Of a stretch of DNA of 64,000 nt, positions 38,699 through 48,947 are shown in pieces. A program made the translations under genes and the position numbers. Position 1 is the first letter of the stretch. Every line of letters starts with the position of its first letter. The stretch is taken from NCBI GenBank assembly GCA_034530875.2, contig JAVRCJ020000019.1:96001-160000 (forward strand), read 5' to 3'. Below the pieces are notes generated by a model, which did not search any database, had not been told where the DNA came from, and saw only the letters and a program-made list of their open reading frames with translations. This stretch comes from Nostoc sp. DedSLP01. GTDB taxonomy: Bacteria > Cyanobacteriota > Cyanobacteriia > Cyanobacteriales > Nostocaceae.

Positions 38699-39247
38699 CT
38701 ACACTAAAAATGGACGCGCTAGGAAAAAGCTAGTAATTGATTTAGCGTCTATTGGTTCTCCCTGAAGAATAGCGTTTTCTAGCTCTTCAGGAGTCAAAAA
38801 TACAGTCTCGATGTCCTCGTCTGCATCTTGCGCTGGAGGTGTTTCCAGCTTTTGTAAATCTTGAGCCAGAAAAGCATACAGAATTTCATCAGAATAACCA
38901 GGCGCTAGGAAGAATTCTCCTAGTTTGTGCCATTTTTGGGCAGTGTAGCCGGTTTCTTCCTCAATTTCCCGTTGTACTGTTTCCAAGGGATCTTCATTGC
39001 GTTCCACAGTTCCCGCAGGGAATTCTAATATCCGTCCTTGAACTGCAAAACGATACTGGCGCACAAGTATAAGTTTGCCTTCTGGCGTTACAGGCACAGC
39101 TAACGCGCCGCCTGGGTGCCGAATGCACTCCCATTCTCCTTCAGATTTGTTGGGCAAACGCAAGCGGTTGACTTCAAAATCAAACTTGCGTCCTCTATAA
39201 AACAAGCGTTGTTTCAAAAGTTGTGGTAATTCTCTACCTAATGGCAT
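38699..39247 (-). CDS. NUDIX hydrolase (ADP-ribose pyrophosphatase-like)
   Basis: LVRQYRFAV, Nudix box EFPAGTVERNEDPLETVQREIEEETGY, APGYSDE, DEDIE. Confidence 0.9.
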   Translation of the reverse strand: MPLGRELPQLLKQRLFYRGRKFDFEVNRLRLPNKSEGEWECIRHPGGALAVPVTPEGKLILVRQYRFAVQGRILEFPAGTVERNEDPLETVQREIEEETGYTAQKWHKLGEFFLAPGYSDEILYAFLAQDLQKLETPPAQDADEDIETVFLTPEELENAILQGEPIDAKSITSFFLARPFLV

Positions 39248-39594
39248 AGCAAAAAATCTGATTTATTTAGTAAATAGCTGTTATTTATATGGACAAATAT
39301 CCAATCTCATTCGTTTAGAAGTTTTACCTTCATGGTTAATCTTCACAACCTCTATTCCATATAAAACTGTTTATTCAGGACTACTTTTATTGACAAATTC
39401 CTATTTGATAGCCTCGCTAATTTCATGTCTGCTTTCTAGACTATAAGTTAACTACTGAGAAACGATGAAGTCGTGTTTTCCGCAACTAGATTGGCTTGCA
39501 TGTTTTTAAATTAGGTCGCTGGCCGTAGGAGTATGCCTATATTTTACAACTGATAATTGTGGAATCCGCACAGTTTTGCAATACAGAGCCAACT

Positions 39595-40188
39595 TCAGCG
39601 TTTTTGGGGGTTTATGGATGGTAATTTTAATTGCTCGTCAACAAATAAATGTACATCAGAACAGTCTACCTCTTTGAGCAGTTCTTTAATAACACACCCT
39701 GATAGGGGTTCTACCCAATCTGAGGCAATTTCTGCAAGCGGTACTAACACAAAAGCTCGCTCCCGCATTCCAGGATGGGGAATTTGCAGGTTTGGTGTCT
39801 CTAAAATAAAGTCATCATATAATAACAAATCTAAATCTAAGGTTCGCGGCCCCCAGCGTTCTTGACGGACGCGCCCAAATTGTCGCTCAATTACTAATAA
39901 AGTTTCTAACAATTCTTGGGGCAGCAATTCTACTTGTAATGTAACGCACCCATTCAAGTAATCTGGTTGTGGCGGCCCTACTGGTTTAGTTTTATACCAA
40001 TTCGATTTAGCCTCGATAACAATGCCTGGGGTTTGGGCTAAAGTAGCGATCGCTGCTTCTAAAATTGCTAGTGAATCACCGATATTACTACCAAGAGCAA
40101 CTGCGCTTTTGGCACGTTTTACTGGCAGCAAGTCGTTTTGAGGTTGTCTTGGCGGATAGTCCGCTGCATCGCCTAGAAACAATTTCAA
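39595..40188 (-). CDS. folK: 2-amino-4-hydroxy-6-hydroxymethyldihydropteridine diphosphokinase
   Basis: ALGSNIGD, QPDYLNG, RWGPRTLDLDLL, IPHPGMRERAFVLVPLAE; start uncertain. Confidence 0.92.
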   Translation of the reverse strand: MKLFLGDAADYPPRQPQNDLLPVKRAKSAVALGSNIGDSLAILEAAIATLAQTPGIVIEAKSNWYKTKPVGPPQPDYLNGCVTLQVELLPQELLETLLVIERQFGRVRQERWGPRTLDLDLLLYDDFILETPNLQIPHPGMRERAFVLVPLAEIASDWVEPLSGCVIKELLKEVDCSDVHLFVDEQLKLPSINPQKR

Positions 40189-40535
40189 TAATTCTAATCT
40201 TCCGAATCCTGATGAATTTTACAGTAATTGTGACAGAACTGAATTCATTAAATCGAGAAAACATTATTTTTTCAACAATAATTCATGAGTCAGTCATCTG
40301 CATTCAGGATGAATATCACCCAAAAAACTTAATATCCTACTTCTGATGCTGACGCTAAATCATTGTATATAGTTAGTATAAAATATTACTTGTTTATTGT
40401 GATTTCTGAATTATTTTTGATAGTAATTTGGGTTAATTATTTATAGGATAATATACTAGCACAACGTGCTGCTATCACACCAAAGCTGATGGATGGTGGT
40501 TAAGTAATTACTACTACTTCAATCGAGGAGCTGAT

Positions 40536-42977
40536 GTGGGCAAGCTGACCTCCTGGTTCAAGCCAAGACCAAGTAAATTGAGAGACTCTGCTAACGAGGA
40601 ACCGCGATTGCCACCTGGTAATCATCATCAATATGAGGAATCCACAACAAATGAAAGCTTACCACCCAGAAATGCGGGCCAGGCAAGGCAGCCACTAAGC
40701 AAAATGAAAATTTTATCATCAAAAACGAAAGTCGATCGGCCAACTAGCAAGAAACCAATCTACCGTCGTATCTGGTTTTGGGCAAGTTTGGGTCTCGGTG
40801 GTGGAATAGTTGTCTCGACGCTCTATGGTATCACTCTCATAGATCGCACCTTGCCGGATAAAGCCGAACTCAATGCCGCTGTTAGAGAACAAACACTGAC
40901 CATCAAAGCCGCCGACGGTACAATATTACAACAACAAGGTGAAGCTACTAGAGAACAGCTAAAGCTAGAGCAAATCCCAGATAATTTAAAAAAAGCTTTT
41001 ATAGCCTCAGAAGATAGAAGATTTCAGCAACATAATGGGGTCGATGCTCAAGGGATCTTGAGAGCTGGTTTGAATAATTTGCGATCGCAAGGTGTGGTCG
41101 AAGGTGGTAGCACTATCACTCAACAACTAGCGCGGATTCTGTTTTTGAAACAAGAGCAGACAATTTGGCGCAAACTCAAGGAAGTCCGCCTAGCACAAAA
41201 AATTGAGTCAGAATTAACCAAAGATCGAATTTTAGAGCGTTACCTCAATTTGGTTTATTTGGGAGCCGGTGCTTACGGTGTTGCAGATGCCTCCTGGGTA
41301 TACTTTAGTAAATCCCCAGACCAGCTTTCTCTAGCAGAAATGGCAACCATCGCTGGTTTGGCTCCTGCACCGAGTTTGTACGCTCCGGACAAGAATCCGG
41401 TAGCTGCCAAACAAAGGCGTAACCTGGTATTGCAACGGATGCAGGAAGAAAAATTTATTACACCAGAGCAAAGACAGGCGGCTACACAAGAACCGCTAAC
41501 CTTGAAAACCAGTTTACCCAAGCGCCTGCAAGTGCAGTCACCATACTTTACTACCTACGTCCAGAAAGAATTGCCCAAGTATGTTTCTGCTGATGTGTTG
41601 GCAGCTGGGGGTTTGACAGTCGAAACGACTTTGAACCCGACTTGGCAAAAAGCAGCAGAAGAGGCAGTTGCCAAAACTTTACGCAATCAAGGACGGTGGG
41701 AGAACTTTAAAGAAGCGTCAATGGTTGCCATCGATCCCCGTAGCGGTGAAATCAAGGCAATGGTTGGCGGCAAAGACTTTAGCCAAAACCAATTTAATCG
41801 CGTTACCCAAGCACAGCGGCAACCGGGATCGACATTTAAAGGATTTGTTTATGCTACTGCGATCGCTACCGGTAAAAGCCCCTACGCTACATACCAGGAT
41901 GCACCCTTTGTCGTAGACGGCTACGAACCGAAAAACTACAGTGAAAGCTTCCGCGGCACGATGAGCATGAGAGATGCTCTCACCCGTTCCGTTAATATCG
42001 TTGCGGTGAAGGTGTTGCTTGACGTAGGTTTTAACCCAACGATTAAACTTGCCCATGATATGGGGATTAAATCAGAACTTAAGCCTACTTATTCCCTAGC
42101 TCTTGGCTCAAACGAAGTAAATCTCTTGGAATTAACTAGCGCCTACGGCAGTTTTGCCACCCAAGGATTGCACGCAGACCCTCATGGTATCAGCCGCATC
42201 ATTAACCGTCAAGGCAAAGTGATTTGGTCAGCTAATTTCAAATCGCAACGCGTTCTTGATGCTGACAGCGCTGCCATTATGACTTGGATGCTACGCAACG
42301 TCGTCGAAGCCGGGACTGGTGGCGCCGCCCAATTAAATGATAGACAAGTTGCCGGCAAGACCGGTACTTCCGACGAAGCCCGCGATTTGTGGTTTATTGG
42401 TTACATTCCCCAATTAGTAACAGGAGTCTGGCTAGGTAACGATAACAACCGCCCCACTTATGGCAGCAGTAGTAGCGCCGCTTATACGTGGCACGAGTTC
42501 ATGGAAAAAGCGGTTGAAGGAATGCCCGTAGAAAAGTTTCCCAAACGGCCAAAGTTAGAAGGTCGCAAAGGCACTATCAAAGCAGAATCAATCAAACCCA
42601 GACAAGTGCTGAATCGTTCTCTTTCCTCTGATGATGATAATGAATCAGAACGGGAAAGTTATAGAAATTCTGAAGATAGCGGTTCATCTAGAAGACGTAA
42701 AAGAAGAAGATATTATCAAGAAGAACAGCAATCAAGCGACGATACTCCAAGACGGAGAAGACGCTATCGCAGTAGTGAAGAATCAACTTCGAGTAACTCT
42801 TCCTCAGAGTCAGAGCCATCTCGTTCGCGGCGACGCTCTAGAAGAGTAGTAGAATCAGATTCTCCGCCACCGAGAAGAAGAACTCGCAGATCCTCATCTC
42901 CCGCAAACAGTTCTGGTTCTTCAGGTTCGTCATCTCCACAACCATCCTGGCGCGATAGACTTAGACCTTCTCAGTAA
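40536..42977 (+). CDS. Class A penicillin-binding protein (transglycosylase-transpeptidase, PBP1A family)
   Basis: EDRRF, GGSTITQQLAR, RKLKE, YLGAGAYG; SxxK GSTFK, SVN, KTGT; Ser/Arg-rich C-terminal tail. Confidence 0.93.
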   Translation: MGKLTSWFKPRPSKLRDSANEEPRLPPGNHHQYEESTTNESLPPRNAGQARQPLSKMKILSSKTKVDRPTSKKPIYRRIWFWASLGLGGGIVVSTLYGITLIDRTLPDKAELNAAVREQTLTIKAADGTILQQQGEATREQLKLEQIPDNLKKAFIASEDRRFQQHNGVDAQGILRAGLNNLRSQGVVEGGSTITQQLARILFLKQEQTIWRKLKEVRLAQKIESELTKDRILERYLNLVYLGAGAYGVADASWVYFSKSPDQLSLAEMATIAGLAPAPSLYAPDKNPVAAKQRRNLVLQRMQEEKFITPEQRQAATQEPLTLKTSLPKRLQVQSPYFTTYVQKELPKYVSADVLAAGGLTVETTLNPTWQKAAEEAVAKTLRNQGRWENFKEASMVAIDPRSGEIKAMVGGKDFSQNQFNRVTQAQRQPGSTFKGFVYATAIATGKSPYATYQDAPFVVDGYEPKNYSESFRGTMSMRDALTRSVNIVAVKVLLDVGFNPTIKLAHDMGIKSELKPTYSLALGSNEVNLLELTSAYGSFATQGLHADPHGISRIINRQGKVIWSANFKSQRVLDADSAAIMTWMLRNVVEAGTGGAAQLNDRQVAGKTGTSDEARDLWFIGYIPQLVTGVWLGNDNNRPTYGSSSSAAYTWHEFMEKAVEGMPVEKFPKRPKLEGRKGTIKAESIKPRQVLNRSLSSDDDNESERESYRNSEDSGSSRRRKRRRYYQEEQQSSDDTPRRRRRYRSSEESTSSNSSSESEPSRSRRRSRRVVESDSPPPRRRTRRSSSPANSSGSSGSSSPQPSWRDRLRPSQ

Positions 42978-42979
42978 TA

Positions 42980-43088
42980 AATGGGGCAAGGGGCAAAGGG
43001 CAAAGGGCAAATGGGAAAACAAAGATCCCTCCTTTTCCCTTTTCCCTTTAACCTTTTCCCCTGCCCTCCCTGCCCTTTTTTCCCTCTG
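42980..43088. repeat. STRR heptamer repeats (GGGCAAA) with an inverted arm
   Basis: ggggcaaggggcaaagggcaaagggcaaa...ccttttcccttttccct. Confidence 0.7.
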
Positions 43089-43185
43089 CAAGATTGAGTT
43101 GCTCAAACTACAGGGGGATGTTAGGTGATACGCTGATTTTATATTGTCTTAAAAATAGTATTACCTGACCTTGGAGAACATACCT

Positions 43186-43413
43186 ATGCATTTATTGATG
43201 CAAACAGCAGCAGATGCCGCAGCAAACGCCCCTCATTTTCCCTATGCTTTTACCTTGGTATATGTTGTTGGTTTTATTGCTGCTGTCACCATTGGTTCAA
43301 TAGCTTGGTACAACTCAAAACGTCCCGCAGGTTGGGAAAGTAAAGAGCGTCCTGATTTTGTGCCTAAGGTTAATAAAGAAGAAACTCCGGGTCTGGGCGA
43401 ACCGAAGTCATAA
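43186..43413 (+). CDS. psb35: Photosystem II assembly protein Psb35
   Basis: Single TM VYVVGFIAAVTIGSIAWYNSKRPAGWE signature. Confidence 0.75.
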   Translation: MHLLMQTAADAAANAPHFPYAFTLVYVVGFIAAVTIGSIAWYNSKRPAGWESKERPDFVPKVNKEETPGLGEPKS

Positions 43414-43419
43414 ACAGTC

Positions 43420-43513
43420 CTGAGTGATGAGTGATGAGTAGTGAGTGATGAGTTAAAAAACTCCTAACTCCTAACTCTCAACTCCTAACTCTCAACTCCC
43501 CAACTCATAACTC
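43420..43513. repeat. STRR repeats (TGAGTGA / CTCCTAA)
   Basis: tgagtgatgagtgatgagtagtgagtgatgag...ctcctaactcctaactctcaactcctaa. Confidence 0.75.
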
Positions 43514-43524
43514 GAAATTCTCTG

Positions 43525-43947
43525 TTAGTTTTGAACTTCAACCCAACGGCGGTAAAGCTTTTGAATTTGTTTAAGAAGCTGAGTATGAGCTGGTTGAGTT
43601 GAACCATTCGGTCTTGTTATATCTTGCAATTCGGTCAGAAGTCTAGCTTCTTCGATCGCAACTTCGCCATCGCTATAAATTAAGCCACTAATGGCTTCTA
43701 TCAAATTTTCGCAATCTTCCAGGCTAGGGCGATCGCCTAAATACTCCCTAACCCACTCAAAGCACTCTTTTGGCTGTACGGGAACTAACTCGTACAGCCA
43801 AGGCTTAATTTCTGGGTCGCTAGCCAAACCCTTTGCTTGAGCTATTTCGCGTAGATATTGCCGTTCCTCTGGTTGAATTCTGCCATCGAGCCAAGCGGCT
43901 CCAATCAGGATTTTAACTAAGTTTTTCACATTGGAATGGGTAACCAT
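43525..43947 (-). CDS. TerB-family (tellurite resistance-like) protein
   Basis: GAAWLDGRIQPEERQYL and LIYSDGEVAIEEARLL, paired DG-x4-E motifs. Confidence 0.8.
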   Translation of the reverse strand: MVTHSNVKNLVKILIGAAWLDGRIQPEERQYLREIAQAKGLASDPEIKPWLYELVPVQPKECFEWVREYLGDRPSLEDCENLIEAISGLIYSDGEVAIEEARLLTELQDITRPNGSTQPAHTQLLKQIQKLYRRWVEVQN

Positions 43948-44004
43948 TGCTGCCTCCTCTGGTAGATTCAGGCTTCCACCAAATCGTACAATCCCAAACA
44001 GTAA

Positions 44005-45417
44005 TCATTCGGAATTATTGGTTTTTCTTAAGCGCACCATAAAAAAGCCATCCATGTCCTCTCGATGAGGCCAGAGTTTGAACCAACCTTCAGGCGTAAT
44101 ACGGCCAAAGTCAAGAAAATCAAGGCTCTTGGGAGGCTCGATTTGCCAATCAGGTGACTCAGCCAAAAATGCCGCGATCGCTTGTTCGTTTTCTGCTGGA
44201 TGCAGGGTACAGGTGGCATAAACTAATACACCTCCTGGCTTGACAAAAGTAGATGTATGTGATATGAGTTGCCTTTGAAGCATCGAAAGTTCCCTAACAG
44301 ATTCCGGTGTCTGTCGCCAACGAGCATCAGCATGACGGTGCATAGTTCCCAAGCCAGAACAGGGAGCATCGAGTAATACGCGGTCTGCGGTATTGTGAAA
44401 TTGTGTAAAATTGCGGCTATCGCCAGTGCAAATTTGAATAGATTTTAAATTTAGGCGTTGAGAATTTTCTTGGAGTTTGCGAAGACGAGAAGCAGTGCGA
44501 TCGCAAGCCCAAATTTTCCCCTTATCTTGCATTAACTCAGCAATATGAGTTGTTTTCCCCCCCGGTGCAGCACAAGCATCAATTACCACTTCACCTGGTT
44601 GGGGGTCGAGTAAATGACTTACCAATTGGGCGCTGCTATCTTGTACAGTCCACCAACCTTCTTGAAAACCAGGTAATTTTTGAATTGGCCCGGCATTACC
44701 AATTAATCGCAGTGCTTGAGGCAAATGACGAACCCGCCTCACCAAAACACCAGCAGATTGCAACGCTGCCTCAACTTCTTCAATTGATATACGAAGTGGG
44801 TTAATCCGCAAATCGATTGTTGGTGACTGATTCATCCATTCACACAGTTGTTCTGTCTCAACCGAACCCAGTTGTTCTAACCAAACTTCAATAATCCAAT
44901 CAGGAAAACTGTGTAAAATCCCCAGCCGTTGCACTGGGTTTTCTGGGAGTTGTAAGGGGTCAAAATGGGCGACTGGGGACTGGGGGAGCAACAAAGAATC
45001 TTTCCCCTCTGCCCCTCTGCCCCCCTGCCCCTCTGCTTTTCTGAGATATTGGCGTAATAGACCGTTAACAAAACCTGTAAGTCCGGAAAAACCGTTTTCT
45101 TTAGCTAGTTGGACGGTGGTGTTAACAGCAGCTGAAGCGGGAATACGCTCTTGATAGCGGAGTTGGTATAAGCCTAGATGTAGGATGGTGCGGAGGTCTT
45201 TTGGTTGTTGGTGAGATTTCTTTTGGGCAAGTTGGTCAATGAGAGTATCTAGGGTGCGCTGCCTTCTGACACTGCCATAAACTAATTCTGTCAGTAGGCG
45301 GCGATCGCTATCAGCCAAAGTAACTTTTTGCAGCACTCTATCTACGGCAACATCAACATAAGCCCCCTTGTGAACATCTCGCAGGGCGATAAAAGCTAGT
45401 TGACGAGCATTTGTCAT
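44005..45417 (-). CDS. rsmB: 16S rRNA m5C967 methyltransferase RsmB (Sun)
   Basis: NusB-like N-terminus, VQDSSAQL, DACAAPGGKT, LDAPCSGLG, YATCTL, DGFF. Contains an STRR-derived insert at about 44965-45040. Confidence 0.93.
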   Translation of the reverse strand: MTNARQLAFIALRDVHKGAYVDVAVDRVLQKVTLADSDRRLLTELVYGSVRRQRTLDTLIDQLAQKKSHQQPKDLRTILHLGLYQLRYQERIPASAAVNTTVQLAKENGFSGLTGFVNGLLRQYLRKAEGQGGRGAEGKDSLLLPQSPVAHFDPLQLPENPVQRLGILHSFPDWIIEVWLEQLGSVETEQLCEWMNQSPTIDLRINPLRISIEEVEAALQSAGVLVRRVRHLPQALRLIGNAGPIQKLPGFQEGWWTVQDSSAQLVSHLLDPQPGEVVIDACAAPGGKTTHIAELMQDKGKIWACDRTASRLRKLQENSQRLNLKSIQICTGDSRNFTQFHNTADRVLLDAPCSGLGTMHRHADARWRQTPESVRELSMLQRQLISHTSTFVKPGGVLVYATCTLHPAENEQAIAAFLAESPDWQIEPPKSLDFLDFGRITPEGWFKLWPHREDMDGFFMVRLRKTNNSE

Positions 45418-45492
45418 GAAACACAAATCAGGAGTTACAAAGCTTTTGTATTCTAACTCCTCACTGTTGTACAGACGCGATTCATCGCGCAC

Positions 45493-45829
45493 TGGTGTCA
45501 ACTTAACGTGAAACCTTTATCATGACGTAGTTTTGAATTCACTCATTCAATATCACCATCCGCGTTACCCCTCCCCGGTTTTGTCTAAAGCCAAAACCTC
45601 CCCTCCCCTTGCCAAGGCTACGGTATACACACAAGTTATTGAATTACTACCAGTTCTCGAATTACCCCACCCTAACCCTCCCTTAGAAAGGGGAGGGAAT
45701 TAGATTTCTCAGTTTCCCCCCTTTCCAAGGGGGGATTAAGGGGGGTAATCAGACTTGTGTGTACGCGGTAGCCTTGGTAAGGGGTGGGGTAAAACGATTG
45801 TGGGGCAATTTGAGCTGAAGTTGACACCA
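45493..45829. mobile_element. MITE-like element A (TIR TGGTGTCAACTT...AAGTTGACACCA) carrying nested element B
   Basis: Terminal inverted repeats; interior homologous to 47989-48173. Confidence 0.75.
45612..45777. mobile_element. MITE-like element B (TIR AAGGCTACGGTGTACACACAAGT-type)
   Basis: ccaaggctacggtatacacacaagt...acttgtgtgtacgcggtagccttgg. Absent from the sister A copy at about 48100; homologous to 49852-50105. Confidence 0.75.
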
Positions 45830-45855
45830 ATTTTAATCGCGTCTCTCCTAACTTC

Positions 45856-47310
45856 CTATCGAGGTATATGAGGATCTACACTTGCAATTTCAAATTCACA
45901 CGCTCTAGAAACTACTTCTGCTGGTAATTTACCGAAGGTAATTAATGGTAAAGAATCGGGGTTTGTCATCAACTCTTTTGCTAATAAAAACCCTGTAATT
46001 GTCCAAGTTTGATATTTCCTAGCTTGTTTGCCTATTAATCGTCCTTTCTTACCGTCGTAATACTCGGGCCATTCATCTTCGCACAGCCGTGCTTCGGCAA
46101 TTTCAATTGCTTTTTGTGCAAGACTTGTTCTCTTAGTTTTTATCGCCGCTGCTGCCAACATCCACATTAATACAGGCCAACTACCTGCATTGTGATACGA
46201 CCAAGGTATATTTTTCGGGTCGCATCCAGTGACAATTCTGTATTCTTCATCTTCTAAAGCTGGAAAACAGATTTTCATGGGCATATCTCCCACTAAGTCA
46301 TCCCATCGTTCTTCAATGAGATTCATAATTGCTTGTGACTGTTCTTCGGTAGCTAAATCAGAAACGATCGCCATTAAGTTTCCCACTGTAAAAAAGCGAG
46401 TATCTAGCTGTGATGGCCCAACATTACCTGCAAGATAACCGCCTTTTTTCGGCAGCCATTTATCTAATTCATAATAGGGAATCGAATCTACATATATATT
46501 GAATAAATTAACAGCGGTTTTACCATACTCTTCACTTTTGAAGCGATAAATCGTATTCAGGCGATTAATATCTATCCAATAATGTTGGCGAATGTGAGCG
46601 CATAAAAGAGGCAAGCGATTATCAATTGCGATCGCAATATCTTGATTACCTTGACAAATTAGCAATTCGCGGGCTGCACGCAATGCTGCATAAAAAAGAA
46701 CTTGCAGTTCTAAAGGATGCCCATAGATACCCATACGACGGTCAATCATACAAGCGCCATCTGGAACCAATAGCGTTGGGTACATATCAAAACGATTCGC
46801 CAGACAAATCTCCATGATTAACCTGATACCATTTTGGAATTCAGGCTGATGCGCTAGAGAAAAATCTTCGGTAGCGACTACATAAGCACGCAACAAAATA
46901 ATCCACCACAGACAAGAATCAACTGGTGTGACTCTGGCGATCGCATGTTCGCCAAAATCAGCTTCTAAATATTCTTGTCCATTTTCAGATAATACTTTAA
47001 AGCTAGCTGGTATTAATCCCCGACCAGGTTTATAGGCATCTAACGCTCTATCTTTAGGCTGTAACTTTAACGTTTCTTCTAAGAAATTCCGAACAATATC
47101 AGCTCTACCTTTAATCAGAAAAATGATAGCCGAAGAAACAAAATCTCGAATAAAACATTGGTCATAATTAAGAGCTTCTACAGAGAAATCATAAGCCGCT
47201 ACTGTGCCAACTGGACGTCCTTGATAGTAGATAATTGACTTTTCGAGTGCTTCCCAGCCTTGTGCTACTTCTTTTGAAGTTTCAGTAGTTTTTAATTCGT
47301 TTAACTGCAT
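45856..47310 (-). CDS. invB: Alkaline/neutral invertase (GH100)
   Basis: [63 protein letters not shown]; 484 aa. Confidence 0.88.
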   Translation of the reverse strand: MQLNELKTTETSKEVAQGWEALEKSIIYYQGRPVGTVAAYDFSVEALNYDQCFIRDFVSSAIIFLIKGRADIVRNFLEETLKLQPKDRALDAYKPGRGLIPASFKVLSENGQEYLEADFGEHAIARVTPVDSCLWWIILLRAYVVATEDFSLAHQPEFQNGIRLIMEICLANRFDMYPTLLVPDGACMIDRRMGIYGHPLELQVLFYAALRAARELLICQGNQDIAIAIDNRLPLLCAHIRQHYWIDINRLNTIYRFKSEEYGKTAVNLFNIYVDSIPYYELDKWLPKKGGYLAGNVGPSQLDTRFFTVGNLMAIVSDLATEEQSQAIMNLIEERWDDLVGDMPMKICFPALEDEEYRIVTGCDPKNIPWSYHNAGSWPVLMWMLAAAAIKTKRTSLAQKAIEIAEARLCEDEWPEYYDGKKGRLIGKQARKYQTWTITGFLLAKELMTNPDSLPLITFGKLPAEVVSRACEFEIASVDPHIPR

Positions 47311-47910
47311 CGCCAGAATAACTCCATTTAGGTTGTGATTTTGTGGTAGATGCGTCTTGCTTGATTATTTTTGCTATTCTCAGCATCACAAGACGAATTT
47401 TTGAATAGCAAATATAACTTTGCAAAATTGCTAAACAAAAACTAATAAAGCTGCTGGTATATATGCAACTTTATTAATAGTTAATTTGCCTCTAATCAAT
47501 TATTCTTTCGGTGAATTACGATTTCTTTTTTCACCGCAAGCAGTAATTTGATTTTTCAAACAGCCACATCAGATATATTTTTAAAGGATTTCTGTTTCGG
47601 TTTTGGCATCTCAAATATCTGCTTTACCAAACAAAAATATATCTGATGTGGTATTTAAGGTTTGCGTGAAGTTCAAACCAGTTACAGTATCTTTACTTAA
47701 TGAGAATTGCTTTTTGACATTAAAAGGTCACATTATTCCCCTATAACATAATAATTTATAACATTTTGTCATAATATGCAAGATAAACGGTCAAAAGATT
47801 TAATATGTCAATACTTCTGAAGCGCTATATATTTTACCCCATCGACAGATAATTATCAGTCGCTTCTGGAAGTGAAGTTAAAAAAAGTAAAGTTAACACA
47901 GTCATTGAAC

Positions 47911-48273
47911 CAAGAATCCCACGGCTTTTAGTTACAGCAATTTTCAGGTAAATAGACCGCGTTGTAGGGGTTTTACAGCTGTGCATACGTGTCAACTTAA
48001 CGCGAAACCCTGATGAATACGTGATGAGCGAGTTCTACTCACTCACCATCAAGATCCGCGTTACCCCACCCCGGCTTTGCTGACGCAAAACCGCCCCTCC
48101 CCTTGCCAAGGGGAGGGGTTGGGGATGGGGTAAAACGATTGTGGGGCAGGAGTTTGAGCTTAAGTTGGCACCAATGCACAGCTGTAAAGCCTCTACCGAA
48201 AATTGTGGGTCAAATAGATGAAAAATGCTGTAAACTGAGCGTAGCGAAAGTTTAACAGCCGTGGGAGTGTCAA
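47911..48273. mobile_element. IS200/IS605-type end hairpin split by nested miniature inverted-repeat elements
   Basis: caagaatcccacggcttt ... agccgtgggagtgtcaa encloses ttacagcaattttca...tgaaaaatgctgtaa, a REP arm pair and element A. Confidence 0.6.
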
Positions 48274-48305
48274 CCACGCAACAAGATAACTGCACAGAAA
48301 TAGTC

Positions 48306-48348
48306 AAACAAGAACCCCGATTTTCTTAAAAAGTCGGGGTTCTTGTTT
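48306..48348. terminator. Strong hairpin just downstream of the minus-strand small gene
   Basis: aaacaagaaccccga-ttttcttaaaag-tcggggttcttgttt. Confidence 0.65.
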
Positions 48349-48352
48349 GAAG

Positions 48353-48646
48353 TTAGGAAATTAAAAGGTAACGGATTAAAATACTCATCACCTCATCAGG
48401 GTTAGCTGTTGGTAGTAGCTGACTCCAATCTGTGACGTGTGCATACCCAACTAAATGCAAACGGTTAATTGTACTAGTGACGCCTTTGGGAGAACCAATC
48501 AAGATATGTTTAATTCGTTCTCTTTTTGGTAATGGCTTTTGAGTAGATTCTTTGAGGGTAGATGCATCAAAGTCTTGACTAGCCAAAAACTGTTGCAACT
48601 CTACTTGAACGAATTGATTATCGTCGAGCTTTTGTACTTGTGCCAT
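48353..48646 (-). CDS. Small conserved cyanobacterial hypothetical protein (paralog of 18660..18908)
   Basis: RERIKHILIGSPKGVTSTINRLHLVGYAHVTDWSQLLPT; RBS AGGAG upstream on the minus strand. Confidence 0.75.
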   Translation of the reverse strand: MAQVQKLDDNQFVQVELQQFLASQDFDASTLKESTQKPLPKRERIKHILIGSPKGVTSTINRLHLVGYAHVTDWSQLLPTANPDEVMSILIRYLLIS

Positions 48647-48729
48647 GATGTAATTGACTCCTAGAGTAGGGGTTAAAGAAAGGCGATCGCAGACTCTTGC
48701 CGGAGGGCGATCGCCTTTCTCATGCTGAA

Positions 48730-48758
48730 ATAATATAGTATAAAATTATACTTGTCAA
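48730..48758 (-). promoter_or_regulatory. Sigma70-like promoter with a palindromic operator in the spacer
   Basis: Minus strand TTGACA-AGTATAATTTTATACTA-TATTAT; the spacer contains AGTATAA-TT-TTATACT. A long HIP1-containing hairpin follows at 48677-48720. Confidence 0.55.
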
Positions 48759-48947
48759 CTATTAATTCAAAAAAGATTGACAACAAATCGCTATTTTTAA
48801 GTTGGACTTTTAAGAGGTTTTCAAAAAATTCAGCATTTAATAGAAATTAAAGTGTTGACTACAAAAATATCCCCGACTTTTTCAAAAAGTCGGGGATCTG
48901 ATTTCTTGTTTAAGTACTGCCTCCCCTGCTCTTTCAAGCTAGGTGAA

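Noticed and set aside
42620..42977. Ser/Arg-rich tail of PBP1A as a novel domain
   Set aside because: A low-complexity disordered tail with no further structure seen.
48035..48307. 90-aa minus-strand ORF
   Set aside because: Translation of the nested repeat cluster.
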